DNA of 61,731 nt, filler included. It is 8 parts of 8 records of this genome, joined end to end, with 100 filler letters (N's around TTAATTAATTAA, not from the genome) between each part and the next. Parts side by side here need not be neighbours in the genome. Positions count along the whole stretch, not along the records: positions 49,504 to 55,402 come from SRR31147125_32029; positions 55,503 to 61,731 come from SRR31147125_32033; 6 more parts are not named here. One strand, 5' to 3'. The position numbers were made by a program, and so were the translations under genes. Under the pieces are notes generated by a model, which was not told the origin of the DNA, made no database searches, and saw only the letters and a program-made list of their open reading frames with translations. Below, piece by piece: positions 50,475 through 60,279 of this stretch (position 1 is the stretch's first letter; every line of letters begins with the position of its first letter).

Positions 50475-51263
50475 TTAACGTTTTAGATTATTAACCAACC
50501 CAAGCATATCGTCTGCTGTTTTTATCGTTTTAGAGTTGATTTCATAAGCTCTTTGCACTGTAATCATATTGACCATTTCATCAACAACCTGTACATTGGA
50601 AGCCTCCAAATATCCTTGCCATATCCCACCAAAGCCATCAATGTCCGGCGTGCCTACCATTGGTTCGCCAGAGGCACCTGTTTCTGTTAATAAATTTCTT
50701 CCAACATTCTTCAAACCGGCCGGATTCATAAATTTCGCTATTTCTATTTGGCCAATGTCTTGTGATTCTGCTTCACCTGAAACAACGACAGACAAAATCC
50801 CATCTCGGCTAATCATAATACCCTGAGTATCCGTTGGGATACTAATATTCGGTTCCAGAAAATAACCATCAGAATTGACCAACTGGCCATCATTGGATAA
50901 TTTGAATGACCCATCTCTTGTATAGGCTAGAGTACCATCCGGCATTTGCAATTGAAAAAATCCATCACCTTCTATAGCGAAATCGAGTGAGTTTCCAGTT
51001 TCATTCACATCTCCCTGGAAAAACATTTTCGATGTCGAAACTGGTTTTGTACCACAGCCAATTTGTAATTCCGTAGGGCTCTCTGCCCCTTCTGCTGTCG
51101 TACCGCCTGCAGCTCTTTCTGATTGGTATAATAAATCCTGAAATTCAACTTTGCTGGTTTTAAAACCTGTTGTATTCACATTCGCCAAATTATTTGCTAT
51201 TGTATCTATATAGAGTTGTTGAGCTCTCATGCCGGTGGCTGCAGTTCGTAATGCCTTATCCAC
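50475..51263 (-). CDS. flgG: Distal rod protein
   Basis: ANNLANVNTTGFK, FQDLLYQ, YTRDGSF, GYLEASNV. Confidence 0.95.
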   Translation of the reverse strand: MDKALRTAATGMRAQQLYIDTIANNLANVNTTGFKTSKVEFQDLLYQSERAAGGTTAEGAESPTELQIGCGTKPVSTSKMFFQGDVNETGNSLDFAIEGDGFFQLQMPDGTLAYTRDGSFKLSNDGQLVNSDGYFLEPNISIPTDTQGIMISRDGILSVVVSGEAESQDIGQIEIAKFMNPAGLKNVGRNLLTETGASGEPMVGTPDIDGFGGIWQGYLEASNVQVVDEMVNMITVQRAYEINSKTIKTADDMLGLVNNLKR

Positions 51264-51290
51264 AGTTCTTCACCTCCATTATTTTTCTTA

Positions 51291-51997
51291 TTAAACGACA
51301 CCTACGTCATTGACAGCTTTATCTAATGTTTCATCCTGAGCTTGAATTGCTTTTTGATTTGCCTCAAATCTTCTGTAAATTTCAATCATGGATACCATTT
51401 CTGTCATTGGATCGACATTTGAATTTTCCAAATATCCACTATTTATATGAACAGCATCCTGGTCAACGGGCATCATAATACTCTCATCCAAGGTTTTGAA
51501 ATAGCCATTTCCGACTGGTTGTAATTGTGATGTATCTGTGGCGCTTACAATAGACACATAATCCAGTATGTCACTATTGGATATTATGGCACCATTTTCT
51601 GTAATATCACAATCATTATCGATCACTATGGGGCCACCCTGACCAAGAACCAAATCACCGGAAGATGTTGTCAAAAATCTATCTTCATTAAGAGTGAAAT
51701 TCCCCTGACGTGTGTATAAAATACCCTGATCCGTTTGCACACTAAAAAACCCCGTTCCGGAAATCGCAAAATCAAGTTTGTTGCCCGTTTCTCTTAGTTC
51801 TCCTTGAGAGAAATCAATGACTGAGTTAACTGTTCCCTCAGCCTGCGGGTTTTCAGAAGCATTTTTTATCACCTCTGTAAACGATAAACATTTTTAAATC
51901 CAATGCTATTGACATTGGCCAAATTATTTGCGATAATTTCAATAGATCTGGCGTTACTTTCCAGACCATTTTGAGAATATTCAACACCACGTATCAA
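51291..51997 (-). CDS. flgF: Rod protein FlgF; frameshift at A5 run 51891-51895
   Basis: TTG start after GGAGG; ANNLANVNSIGFK in one frame, TGNKLDFAI...GYLENSNV in the next; one added A joins them. Confidence 0.88.
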
Positions 51998-52037
51998 AGG
52001 GCAAACCTCCAAACTATTATTATCTAACCATAACATA

Positions 52038-52053
52038 CACAAATAACATGCCA
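52038..52053 (-). promoter_or_regulatory. Possible sigma54 promoter for the flgF operon
   Basis: TGGCAT-N5-TTGTG; the -12 element is imperfect. Confidence 0.3.
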
Positions 52054-52329
52054 TGAAATAGATGCCATTTCTGTATTAATAAACAACAGGTTACAATAAT
52101 TATTGATTTGAGTGAAGGTTCCCTGAGTGTAAAGGTAGGAAATATTTACCTAGAACAGGCAGATGTTACCCGCCACTAAAAGAGGATATAAGGTGAGTTA
52201 AAAATTCGTTAGAATAATCTGACTTTTCTATAAAGTCATAAAATAAATGTTGACAAAAGTAAATAAAACAGGCACTAACTTTTAAATAAATAATATCTGT
52301 AAATTACAATAATAACCAATTATTATATT

Positions 52330-53358
52330 TCAAGTTAAACAGGTCAATATAGAACCTGGAATTTGATTTAATGGTAAGGTCATATCTACAGCATCCAGCA
52401 TAATAGCCTGTTTTGGCATACCGAATACTACACAGCTGTTTTCATCCTGAGCAATTGTTTTGGCATCATTATCATGCATGGCTTTGAGCCCCTGAGCGCC
52501 GTCTGATCCCATACCAGTGAGAATGACACCAATCGCATTCCGTCCTGCATTTTTAGCCACCGAATGAAACAATACATCAACACTCGGTTTTTGATGATGT
52601 ACATGGGGTCCATTTTTCAACTTTACATAATACCTTGCCCCATTTTGCATTAACAACATATGTTTATTTCCAGGTGCAATCAAGGCTGTACCTGGTATAA
52701 CGGCATCCTGGTCACGAGCCTCTCTGACTTCCATAGGACAAATATGATTTAACCTTTGAGCAAAAGCTGCAGTAAAACCTTGTGGCATGTGTTGCACAAT
52801 AACAGTACCCGGTGATGAGGCAGGCAAATTCATCAAGACCTTTTCTATGGCTTGAGTCCCACCTGTGGAGGCTCCAATAGCTAATATTTTATGTGTTGTT
52901 TTTAAACGAATCTCATTTTTCGGTTGATTTGAGACCACTTTTGGAACAAATTGTTGGGTTGATTTACTTACTCTGGCTTTGTTAGCAGCAATAATAGCCC
53001 TGACAAGCTGTTTTGTATCAGGATAAGAGAATGTTGATCCTGGTTTACAAATTACATCAACAGCGCCTAATTCAAGGGCAGCTATTGCCATTTCACTATT
53101 TTTAGGTGTCAGGGAACTCACGACAACAACTGGTATAGGATAGTGTTTCATAAGCTTTTCCAGAAAGGATAACCCATCCATTCTTGGCATCTCCAGATCA
53201 AGTGTAATAACATCCGGATTTAGTCGTACAATTTTATCACGAGCAATATACGGATCAATGGCACTACCGACGACATTAATAAACTCACTTTTCGACAATT
53301 CTTCTGTTAAAATTTTCCGTACGACAGCTGAATCATCTATAATTAATACACGTATCAA
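52330..53358 (-). CDS. cheB: Chemotaxis methylesterase/response regulator
   Basis: REC domain plus GASTGG, QHMP, TGMGSDG. Confidence 0.95.
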   Translation of the reverse strand: MIRVLIIDDSAVVRKILTEELSKSEFINVVGSAIDPYIARDKIVRLNPDVITLDLEMPRMDGLSFLEKLMKHYPIPVVVVSSLTPKNSEMAIAALELGAVDVICKPGSTFSYPDTKQLVRAIIAANKARVSKSTQQFVPKVVSNQPKNEIRLKTTHKILAIGASTGGTQAIEKVLMNLPASSPGTVIVQHMPQGFTAAFAQRLNHICPMEVREARDQDAVIPGTALIAPGNKHMLLMQNGARYYVKLKNGPHVHHQKPSVDVLFHSVAKNAGRNAIGVILTGMGSDGAQGLKAMHDNDAKTIAQDENSCVVFGMPKQAIMLDAVDMTLPLNQIPGSILTCLT

Positions 53359-53405
53359 TATGAATTACCTGATATTTTAATCAATAGTAAAAAGATATGA
53401 ATTCT

Positions 53406-53861
53406 TTAATTTTGTTGTATATGAAAAATTATATCTACCTGGCCATCATCAAATTTGAGCTGAATAACCCCATCTGAAAGGTCATTCGTTACATCACACA
53501 GAGAATCATTCAGAGTCGCTTTAGGAGCTTTAATATCATGTACTTCACTCGAATTTGTTATAAAAGGCAACATATTGCCACAAATGATATTAGCGATTTC
53601 ACCCAATGCGTCACACTTTTGTTGTAACGTATAAATCCCATTCTCACCTAGAATATTGGAAGTGATAGTAGAGAGAAGCTCTTCATTAACTTGTATTTTC
53701 AGGTTACCTTTTTGCGGACCTACAAAATCTACCTGAGAGGAAACGAATTTATTTAAATGTAGCTGCTCTTCATTCTCCTGGCTGTCTATGGGAAATAAAA
53801 AGCACAGATTTTGAAAAGTCATCAAAGATACCTGAGTCAAATTCCGCGACAATTTATTCAT
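53406..53861 (-). CDS. cheX: CheX-like phosphatase
   Basis: DALGEIANIICGN (ExxN motif). Confidence 0.75.
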   Translation of the reverse strand: MNKLSRNLTQVSLMTFQNLCFLFPIDSQENEEQLHLNKFVSSQVDFVGPQKGNLKIQVNEELLSTITSNILGENGIYTLQQKCDALGEIANIICGNMLPFITNSSEVHDIKAPKATLNDSLCDVTNDLSDGVIQLKFDDGQVDIIFHIQQN

Positions 53862-54246
53862 AAAGTCCTCCTCCTAAAACATCCATTACTTCTTCTTTTA
53901 ATAATTCCGGAGAGAAGGGTTTATGTACAAAACCGGCTTTAGTTTTTTTGAGAGTTTCTATCCTCTTTTCACTACTTTCAGTAGAAACGACAATAACAGG
54001 AATGTGTTCTGTATCCCGATTCTTTCGTATTTCATGAATCATTTCCTCACCATTCATAATCGGCATATTAATATCAACCAACGCAAGATCAATCCAGTGG
54101 TTATTGATGATATCCAGACCCTCAACACCATTGCCGGCTTGATGGATTTCGCCGATAGGTAATCCACTCATATCCAAGGCTTTTATAATCAAACATCTCA
54201 TAACAGCACTGTCATCCACAACAAGAACACTTAGGGACATTTCCAT
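53854..54246 (-). CDS. cheY: CheY-like response regulator
   Basis: VVDDS, DINMP, STE, KPF. Confidence 0.85.
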   Translation of the reverse strand: MEMSLSVLVVDDSAVMRCLIIKALDMSGLPIGEIHQAGNGVEGLDIINNHWIDLALVDINMPIMNGEEMIHEIRKNRDTEHIPVIVVSTESSEKRIETLKKTKAGFVHKPFSPELLKEEVMDVLGGGLYE

Positions 54247-54267
54247 ACCTCCAGATCAGATTTTCGT

Positions 54268-54750
54268 TTACAACTGCCTTAACAACCCTATTGTCTTTAT
54301 TGTTACATTACCGGTATCAATGTCCAGATACATAGTTCTGGCATGATGACCTCCGACATCGCAACCCTTCAGTACAAGGTTATTTTTCAATAATAGCTTT
54401 TTAAAAATCAGGAAATTTCTTTTACCAATCTCAAAAATATCCTCATTTGTATTTAGGTTAATGCAAGCTCCCCCTGCAACTTTTATAATCATTCGTTCCT
54501 TGACAGCACCCAATCTATAACATTCCTCAAATAATTTGGGTACACCTGTGTCTACAAACATGTAGGGATTCTTCAGGGCTTTTTGTGGATCAATGGTTGA
54601 ACTGGGCAACATGATATGCAATAATCCACCAATTTTTAATACCGGATCGAATACAGTGATTCCCAAACAACTTCCCAACGCATACGTTATAATTCGATCC
54701 CCTTTTTGTGCAGAAACCATCATCTCTGCGACACCTACGACATATTGCAC
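54268..54750 (-). CDS. cheD: Chemoreceptor glutamine deamidase
   Basis: LGSC, HIMLP, KVAGGA, IGKRN, DVGG. Confidence 0.92.
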   Translation of the reverse strand: MQYVVGVAEMMVSAQKGDRIITYALGSCLGITVFDPVLKIGGLLHIMLPSSTIDPQKALKNPYMFVDTGVPKLFEECYRLGAVKERMIIKVAGGACINLNTNEDIFEIGKRNFLIFKKLLLKNNLVLKGCDVGGHHARTMYLDIDTGNVTIKTIGLLRQL

Positions 54751-54795
54751 ATTTTACTCCAGCCTGAAAGACGACTCTCCTGTTACCTGCTCCAT

Positions 54796-55402
54796 TTAAA
54801 ATTCTTGTAGCAAATCGTTATCTGAATCATCTGTAAAAGTTTTATGACCATTTCCATTATCAGTAAATGTACTATTAGAAGAATCTTCAAACTCTTTATA
54901 AAATTCAACGCGATTTTTATCAAATGCATCAGATGCGGTAGGTTTGTTTGATTTTTCTTTCTCGAGTGACACTTGTTCGTCAGCTTCCTTGCTCTTTTGA
55001 TAATGCTTTGTACTAAGTTTGAAAGAATCAACCAGAATTCGCATTTCTTCAGCATAATTGGAAAGTTCTTGTGATGATGCGGCAGATTCCTGGGATGTAG
55101 CCGCATTTTGTTGAGTCACTTTATTCATCTGATCGATTCCTTTACTGATCTGATCGATGCCTTGATTTTGCTGTTCTGATGCTGTGGAAATCTCTTCCAT
55201 CACTTCGCTAACTTTATTTACCTGATTGTGGATTTCCTGCAAATCCTTCATGACTTGATTATTTAAATCAACACCACTTTCTGCATTTGTTTCAGATTCA
55301 GCGATCATAAGCGCAGTATTTTTAGCTGCCTCAGCACTGCGCATGGCCAAATTTCGAACTTCTTCAGCCACAACAGCAAAACCTTTTCCGGCTTCACCTG
55401 CT
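54796..55402 (-). CDS. Methyl-accepting chemotaxis protein (5' truncated)
   Basis: AGEAGKGFAVVAEEVRNLA hairpin tip; C-terminal acidic LQEF pentapeptide-like end. Confidence 0.93.
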
Positions 55403-55502
55403 NNNNNNNNNNNNNNNNNNNNNNNNNNNNNNNNNNNNNNNNNNNNTTAATTAATTAANNNNNNNNNNNNNNNNNNNNNNNNNNNNNNNNNNNNNNNNNN
55501 NN
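55403..55502. other. Artificial contig linker
   Basis: N-run + TTAATTAATTAA + N-run. Confidence 0.98.
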
Positions 55503-55778
55503 TTTTCTTTTCGAAAAACCTGGCAGATGGGATATTGCAGAGCACTGGCTTTGGTTTCAGTATGGGTGTTGCCGGCCGCTATCAATAATATCCTTCGCTC
55601 TCTAAGCGCAAGGGATGTTCGTACCATCGGTTTGCTTTTTCTTAAAGAGATTGCGACCCAATGTGGAAAGTTGGGGTTTTTCTTTGGAGGCAAAGTTGAA
55701 GAATATAAGGGATTATAATGCTTTTCCCCCATTTTTTCAAAAATCATGAACTTATAGAGACGGAAGGTTGCAGGCCAG

Positions 55779-56987
55779 ATGGGCTTAGTTGAAGGTTACT
55801 TTCAAAATAAGGCTAATGTACAAAGTGAAACGGAAAGATCAAAAAATAATTTTTTGGTTTTTGGTGCTCCGCAGATTCTGCAGGAGGAAATCGACGAGGT
55901 GGTTTCTTCCATGCAATCCGGCTGGCTGGGCACTGGGCCCAAGGTGGCTCAGTTTGAAAAAGATTTCAAGGCATATATTGGGGCAGCACATGCCGTGGCG
56001 GTCAATTCTTGCACTGCGGCTTTGCATTTGGCTATGGTAGCAGCTGGTATTCAGCCTGGGGACGAGGTTATTACTACCCCACTTACATTCTGCGCAACCG
56101 TTAACGCCATTATCCACGCTGGAGGCACCCCGGTTTTGGCGGATGTGGACCCCGTGAGCATGAATATTGATCCTACCGCTCTTAAAGACAAAATCACTCC
56201 GCGCACAAAAGCCATTCTTCCGGTTCATTTTGCTGGGCGTCCATGCGATATGGATTCCTTGTGCACAATAGCACGGGAGCATAACTTGATTCTTATCGAG
56301 GACTGTGCTCATGCTATTGAAACCGAATATAAAGGGAAAAAAGCAGGTACTTTTGGTGACTTTTCCTGCTTTAGTTTTTATGTAACCAAGAACGTGGTTA
56401 CCGGCGAGGGCGGCATGGTTATGGCCCGGCGAGAGCCAGATGCTGCTCGGATCAAGACTCTGGCTTTACACGGTATGAGCAAGGACGCCTGGAGTCGCTT
56501 TTCCGATGATGGCTATAAACATTATTATGTGACCGAATGTGGCTTCAAATACAATATGATGGATATCCAGGCCGCAATCGGTTTGCACCAACTGGCCAGG
56601 GTGGAGGAAAACTGGCAGCGGCGTCATGAAGTCTGGCAGATTTACAACCAAGCTTTTGCACAACTTCCTATCACTTTGCCCGCCGATGTCGAGCCGGAGA
56701 CTAGGCACGCCCATCATCTATATACAATTCTGGTTGATGAGGACACATCGAGTATCAGCCGGGATGAGTTCCTAAACCGTATGCACCAGCAAAACATAGG
56801 AACAGGGGTGCATTACTTGAGCCTTCCCGAGCATCCCTATTATCAGGAGCGTTTTGGCTGGGACCAAGACGAATGGCCCCACGCCCGTGATATTGGCCGC
56901 TCCACGGTCAGCCTGCCTTTGTCGCCTAGGTTGACGGACGAAGATGTGTGGGTTGTGATCCAGGCTGTGAAAGCTTGTTTTCAGTAA
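55779..56987 (+). CDS. DegT/DnrJ/EryC1/StrS nucleotide-sugar aminotransferase
   Basis: NSCTAALH, PVHFAG, EDCAHA, SFYVTKN..GEGG. Confidence 0.95.
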   Translation: MGLVEGYFQNKANVQSETERSKNNFLVFGAPQILQEEIDEVVSSMQSGWLGTGPKVAQFEKDFKAYIGAAHAVAVNSCTAALHLAMVAAGIQPGDEVITTPLTFCATVNAIIHAGGTPVLADVDPVSMNIDPTALKDKITPRTKAILPVHFAGRPCDMDSLCTIAREHNLILIEDCAHAIETEYKGKKAGTFGDFSCFSFYVTKNVVTGEGGMVMARREPDAARIKTLALHGMSKDAWSRFSDDGYKHYYVTECGFKYNMMDIQAAIGLHQLARVEENWQRRHEVWQIYNQAFAQLPITLPADVEPETRHAHHLYTILVDEDTSSISRDEFLNRMHQQNIGTGVHYLSLPEHPYYQERFGWDQDEWPHARDIGRSTVSLPLSPRLTDEDVWVVIQAVKACFQ

Positions 56988-57050
56988 CCTCAATTACTAT
57001 ATTTTCTTTCCAAGGCCATAATACTTCATCTTTTTTAAGAAGGTGGGTAA

Positions 57051-57674
57051 ATGAATAATTTTTCCAGCATGAAAGCGATATTGCCGAAGACAATAAAAAG
57101 CTGGTTAAAAAGAAAGCTATATTCTTGTCTTAGGGAAATAAATAAACCTCGAATGATATGGGGTTATTTGGATTCTAGCGGGAAGTGGTGCGCAAGAACC
57201 AGAATCAGTAGTACTGTCTTTTTCTATCATCCTGAGAGAATTAAAATATCAGATAATGTTTTCATATGGCACTACACGATTCTTGATGGGGTTGGGGGCT
57301 TAGAAATAAATGAAGGGTCTCAAATAGGAGCAGGGGTAGGGATTTTTACACATAGTTCCCATATGGCTATAAGGCTATATGGGAGACATTATCATGAGGT
57401 TAGCGAAAACGAGAAGGTAGCTTACCCTATTAAGCCTGTACGTATAGGAAAATTTACTTTCATCGGCGCTGGAGCCACAATTTTACCAGGAGTAACAATA
57501 GGTGATGGCGTAATTATAGCCGCAGGTTCTATGGTTGCTAAGGATATCCCCGATTTTAAAATAGCATCAGGATCGTCAGCTGAAATTGTTGGAGACACCC
57601 GGAAAGTAGACGCGAAATATTTAGAAAAAGATCCTCAATTAAAAAAATGGTATGAGGAATGGCGAAATAACTAA
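57051..57674 (+). CDS. Hexapeptide-repeat acetyltransferase
   Basis: IGAGVGIFTH, IGAGATILPGVTIGDG. Confidence 0.9.
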   Translation: MNNFSSMKAILPKTIKSWLKRKLYSCLREINKPRMIWGYLDSSGKWCARTRISSTVFFYHPERIKISDNVFIWHYTILDGVGGLEINEGSQIGAGVGIFTHSSHMAIRLYGRHYHEVSENEKVAYPIKPVRIGKFTFIGAGATILPGVTIGDGVIIAAGSMVAKDIPDFKIASGSSAEIVGDTRKVDAKYLEKDPQLKKWYEEWRNN

Positions 57675-58091
57675 AAAAGAGATAGCCTCAATTGAAGCGT
57701 ATCCTTTCAATTTTGACGTGTTTCAAAAATAAGTATGCTTCTATAAAATAATAGTTTGCTTTTACTTTTATAATGTTAACCATTTGGTTTTTGCTCTATC
57801 GCCTTGCCGCTTAAGATGTGCAGAACTTAGTTGAACTGCCGGATACCTTGGGCTAGGGTTTTGGAGTTACACATAGGTTCAGATGCTTTGTGCGCCCCAG
57901 CCATTACCCACCCAGTTGGGGCGGGAAAGAAAGCCAGCCTATGAATCCACTTCGACACAATTTCCAAGTTATAGGTCCCATCAATTAAGCGGCTTTACAG
58001 TACTGGCCGTTGAAAACAACACCGGCAAAAGCATCTTCGGAAAGGGGCTTTTTTATGCTGTCAAGGCTTACAGCATGGTCTGAAGCCGTAT

Positions 58092-58829
58092 TTGCACCCA
58101 ACCCATATTGGATTATCTCGAGTGATCGACTACACAAAACATAACTGGCTTGTGTTTAAATACGCCAATCAATGGCTGAGTGACTGGGCCAAGCATATCC
58201 GGGGCATGGTCTATGATCTGGGGTGCGGAGAAAGACCTTATGAAGAATTCATTCTCCAGTATGCAGATAAATACGTTGGCGTGGATTGGTCAAACACCCT
58301 GCACTTATTGAAGGCGGATATTGTTGCAGATATGAACAAACCCTTGACTATGATTGATGCCGCCAGTGCCGATACTGTCTTTTCCGTTTCAGTCATGGAG
58401 CACCTAAGCGAACCGCAAATGTTTTTAAATGAATCGTTCAGAATACTTAGGCAGGGTGGGGCAATGCTTTTGCAGGTTCCCTTCCAGTGGCATGTGCATG
58501 AAGAACCGTACGACTATTATCGCTACACAGAGAATGGTTTGAAATATATGTGCAAGAAGGCCGGTTTTGAGAAGGTAACAGTAACGCCAACCACAGGGTT
58601 CTGGTCCACAATGGCATTGAAAGTTAACTATCATTCATTGCGGTATATACGAGGGCCACGTTTTTTACGGGCTGTTTTGGGTACCTGCTTTATTCCGGTC
58701 TGGTTTGTTGGGCAATACACCGCATTCGCACTGGATAGGTTTGATTTCAATAAAAAAGAGACTGCCGGATATACTGTGGTAGCTTTTAAGGGTGCCGGAT
58801 ATGCTAAGCGAACAGGTTTGACGACATGA
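58092..58829 (+). CDS. Class I SAM-dependent methyltransferase
   Basis: YDLGCG, VMEHL, HEEPYDYYRYT. Confidence 0.88.
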   Translation: MHPTHIGLSRVIDYTKHNWLVFKYANQWLSDWAKHIRGMVYDLGCGERPYEEFILQYADKYVGVDWSNTLHLLKADIVADMNKPLTMIDAASADTVFSVSVMEHLSEPQMFLNESFRILRQGGAMLLQVPFQWHVHEEPYDYYRYTENGLKYMCKKAGFEKVTVTPTTGFWSTMALKVNYHSLRYIRGPRFLRAVLGTCFIPVWFVGQYTAFALDRFDFNKKETAGYTVVAFKGAGYAKRTGLTT

Positions 58830-60271
58830 GCCTGCGCAAATCTGCTGCCTCTGGTGTTCGCTGGACAACGGTTTCTATGATTGGGATCACTATCATGGAA
58901 ACTGTTCGCCTTATTGTCCTCGCGCGTCTTTTGCCACCCAATGCCTTCGGGCTTATGGCCATGATGATCGTGGTTATCGGGCTTGGACAGATATTCAGCC
59001 AGATGGGTCTGGTCCAGGCGGTTATCCAGCGCCCAGAGCCCAAGGACGACGAACTCGTTTCCCTGTACTGGCTGAATATCGCCGCCGGGCTCAGTGTTTA
59101 CGCATTGCTTTTGTTGGCAACTCCATTAGTTGCCAAGTTGTATAGTTCCCCCGAACTCAAATCCATGCTTCCCTATGTGGGGTTGATGTTTGTCTTTAAC
59201 CCGATGGGGGATTTGTACCGGGCCATGCTGGAAAAGAAACTGCACTTTAAGCACTTGGCCGGTGTTGAACTGGCTGGAGCTTTTGTTGGCATGGTGTTAT
59301 CCATTGTTTTAGCCGTAGGGGGCTTCGGGGTCTGGTCGCTCATTTGGGGGCAGCTGACCACAGTCGCCTGCCGAAACATCGGATTTTTTGCCTTGGGGCA
59401 AAAGATGTTCAGGCCTCGTTTGCATTTTCGCAAAGATGACCTGCAAGGGTATCTCAGATTCGGCCTGCACCATGTGGGGGCTCAAAGTGTAAACTATTTC
59501 AACAAAAGATTGGATCAGCTTCTGATTGGAGCTTTGCTTGGGCCGCAGGCGCTTGGATACTACAGCATGGCTTTTAATTTGATTATGCGCCCGGTTCAAA
59601 GAGTGAATCCGGTATTGATCCGGGTTGCCTTTCCCATTTTGGCTAAGGTCCAAACCGATCAGGACAGATTGAAACGTGGATATTTTAAGCTTCTCAATTT
59701 TGTCACAAGCATCAACGCCCCACTATTATTGGGTATAGCTGCAGTATCGCCTATAGCGGTTCCTTTGCTTTTGGGTCAAAAATGGGACCCCATAATACCA
59801 CTTGTTCAACTGCTTTGCTTCTATACTTTTTTACGCTCTACAGGTGATGCAGGTGGAGCTCTTGTTTTATCTAAAGGAAGGACAGATATAGAGTTTTACT
59901 GGAATATATCTTTGATCATTGTATTTCCGGCGATGATAACTATAGCTGCCTTATCAGGTGAATTAAAAAACGTTGCTTTAACATTAGTTGTTGCACAATT
60001 TATTATATTGTTTTTATGGTATTATTTTGTGATAAAAAGAATTTTAGGATCGTGTTTTACAGAATATATAAAAAATATTTTCCTACCTTTAGGCTATGCT
60101 ATTGTTATGATGCTGTCTGTTAGTTTATTAATTTCAAAAATTTTTGTTTTTGTAAGTATATTTAACATGATGTTTTTGATTTTATTTGGTGTAGTTTTAT
60201 ATGCTGGAACATATTGTTTTTTCCAGAAAAATAATTTTTTGTCACAACTTAAAATGGTTTTTTATAAATAG
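58826..60271 (+). CDS. Polysaccharide flippase (Wzx/WzxC family)
   Basis: SGVRW, LARLL.P..FG, LGYYSMAF; multiple TM helices. Confidence 0.92.
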   Translation: MSLRKSAASGVRWTTVSMIGITIMETVRLIVLARLLPPNAFGLMAMMIVVIGLGQIFSQMGLVQAVIQRPEPKDDELVSLYWLNIAAGLSVYALLLLATPLVAKLYSSPELKSMLPYVGLMFVFNPMGDLYRAMLEKKLHFKHLAGVELAGAFVGMVLSIVLAVGGFGVWSLIWGQLTTVACRNIGFFALGQKMFRPRLHFRKDDLQGYLRFGLHHVGAQSVNYFNKRLDQLLIGALLGPQALGYYSMAFNLIMRPVQRVNPVLIRVAFPILAKVQTDQDRLKRGYFKLLNFVTSINAPLLLGIAAVSPIAVPLLLGQKWDPIIPLVQLLCFYTFLRSTGDAGGALVLSKGRTDIEFYWNISLIIVFPAMITIAALSGELKNVALTLVVAQFIILFLWYYFVIKRILGSCFTEYIKNIFLPLGYAIVMMLSVSLLISKIFVFVSIFNMMFLILFGVVLYAGTYCFFQKNNFLSQLKMVFYK

Positions 60272-60279
60272 GAGATTTA

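Noticed and set aside
40975-55402. One large flagellar/chemotaxis locus
   Set aside because: Two contigs of very different composition separated by a linker.
55503-55747. Minus-strand 98-aa ORF at the start of contig 8
   Set aside because: Truncated and without recognisable motifs; a product cannot be supported.
57806-57993. Possible MITE bounded by GCCGCTTAA / TTAAGCGGC
   Set aside because: Only a 9-bp inverted repeat, no clear target duplication or second copy; plausible by chance, though an IS scar cannot be excluded.
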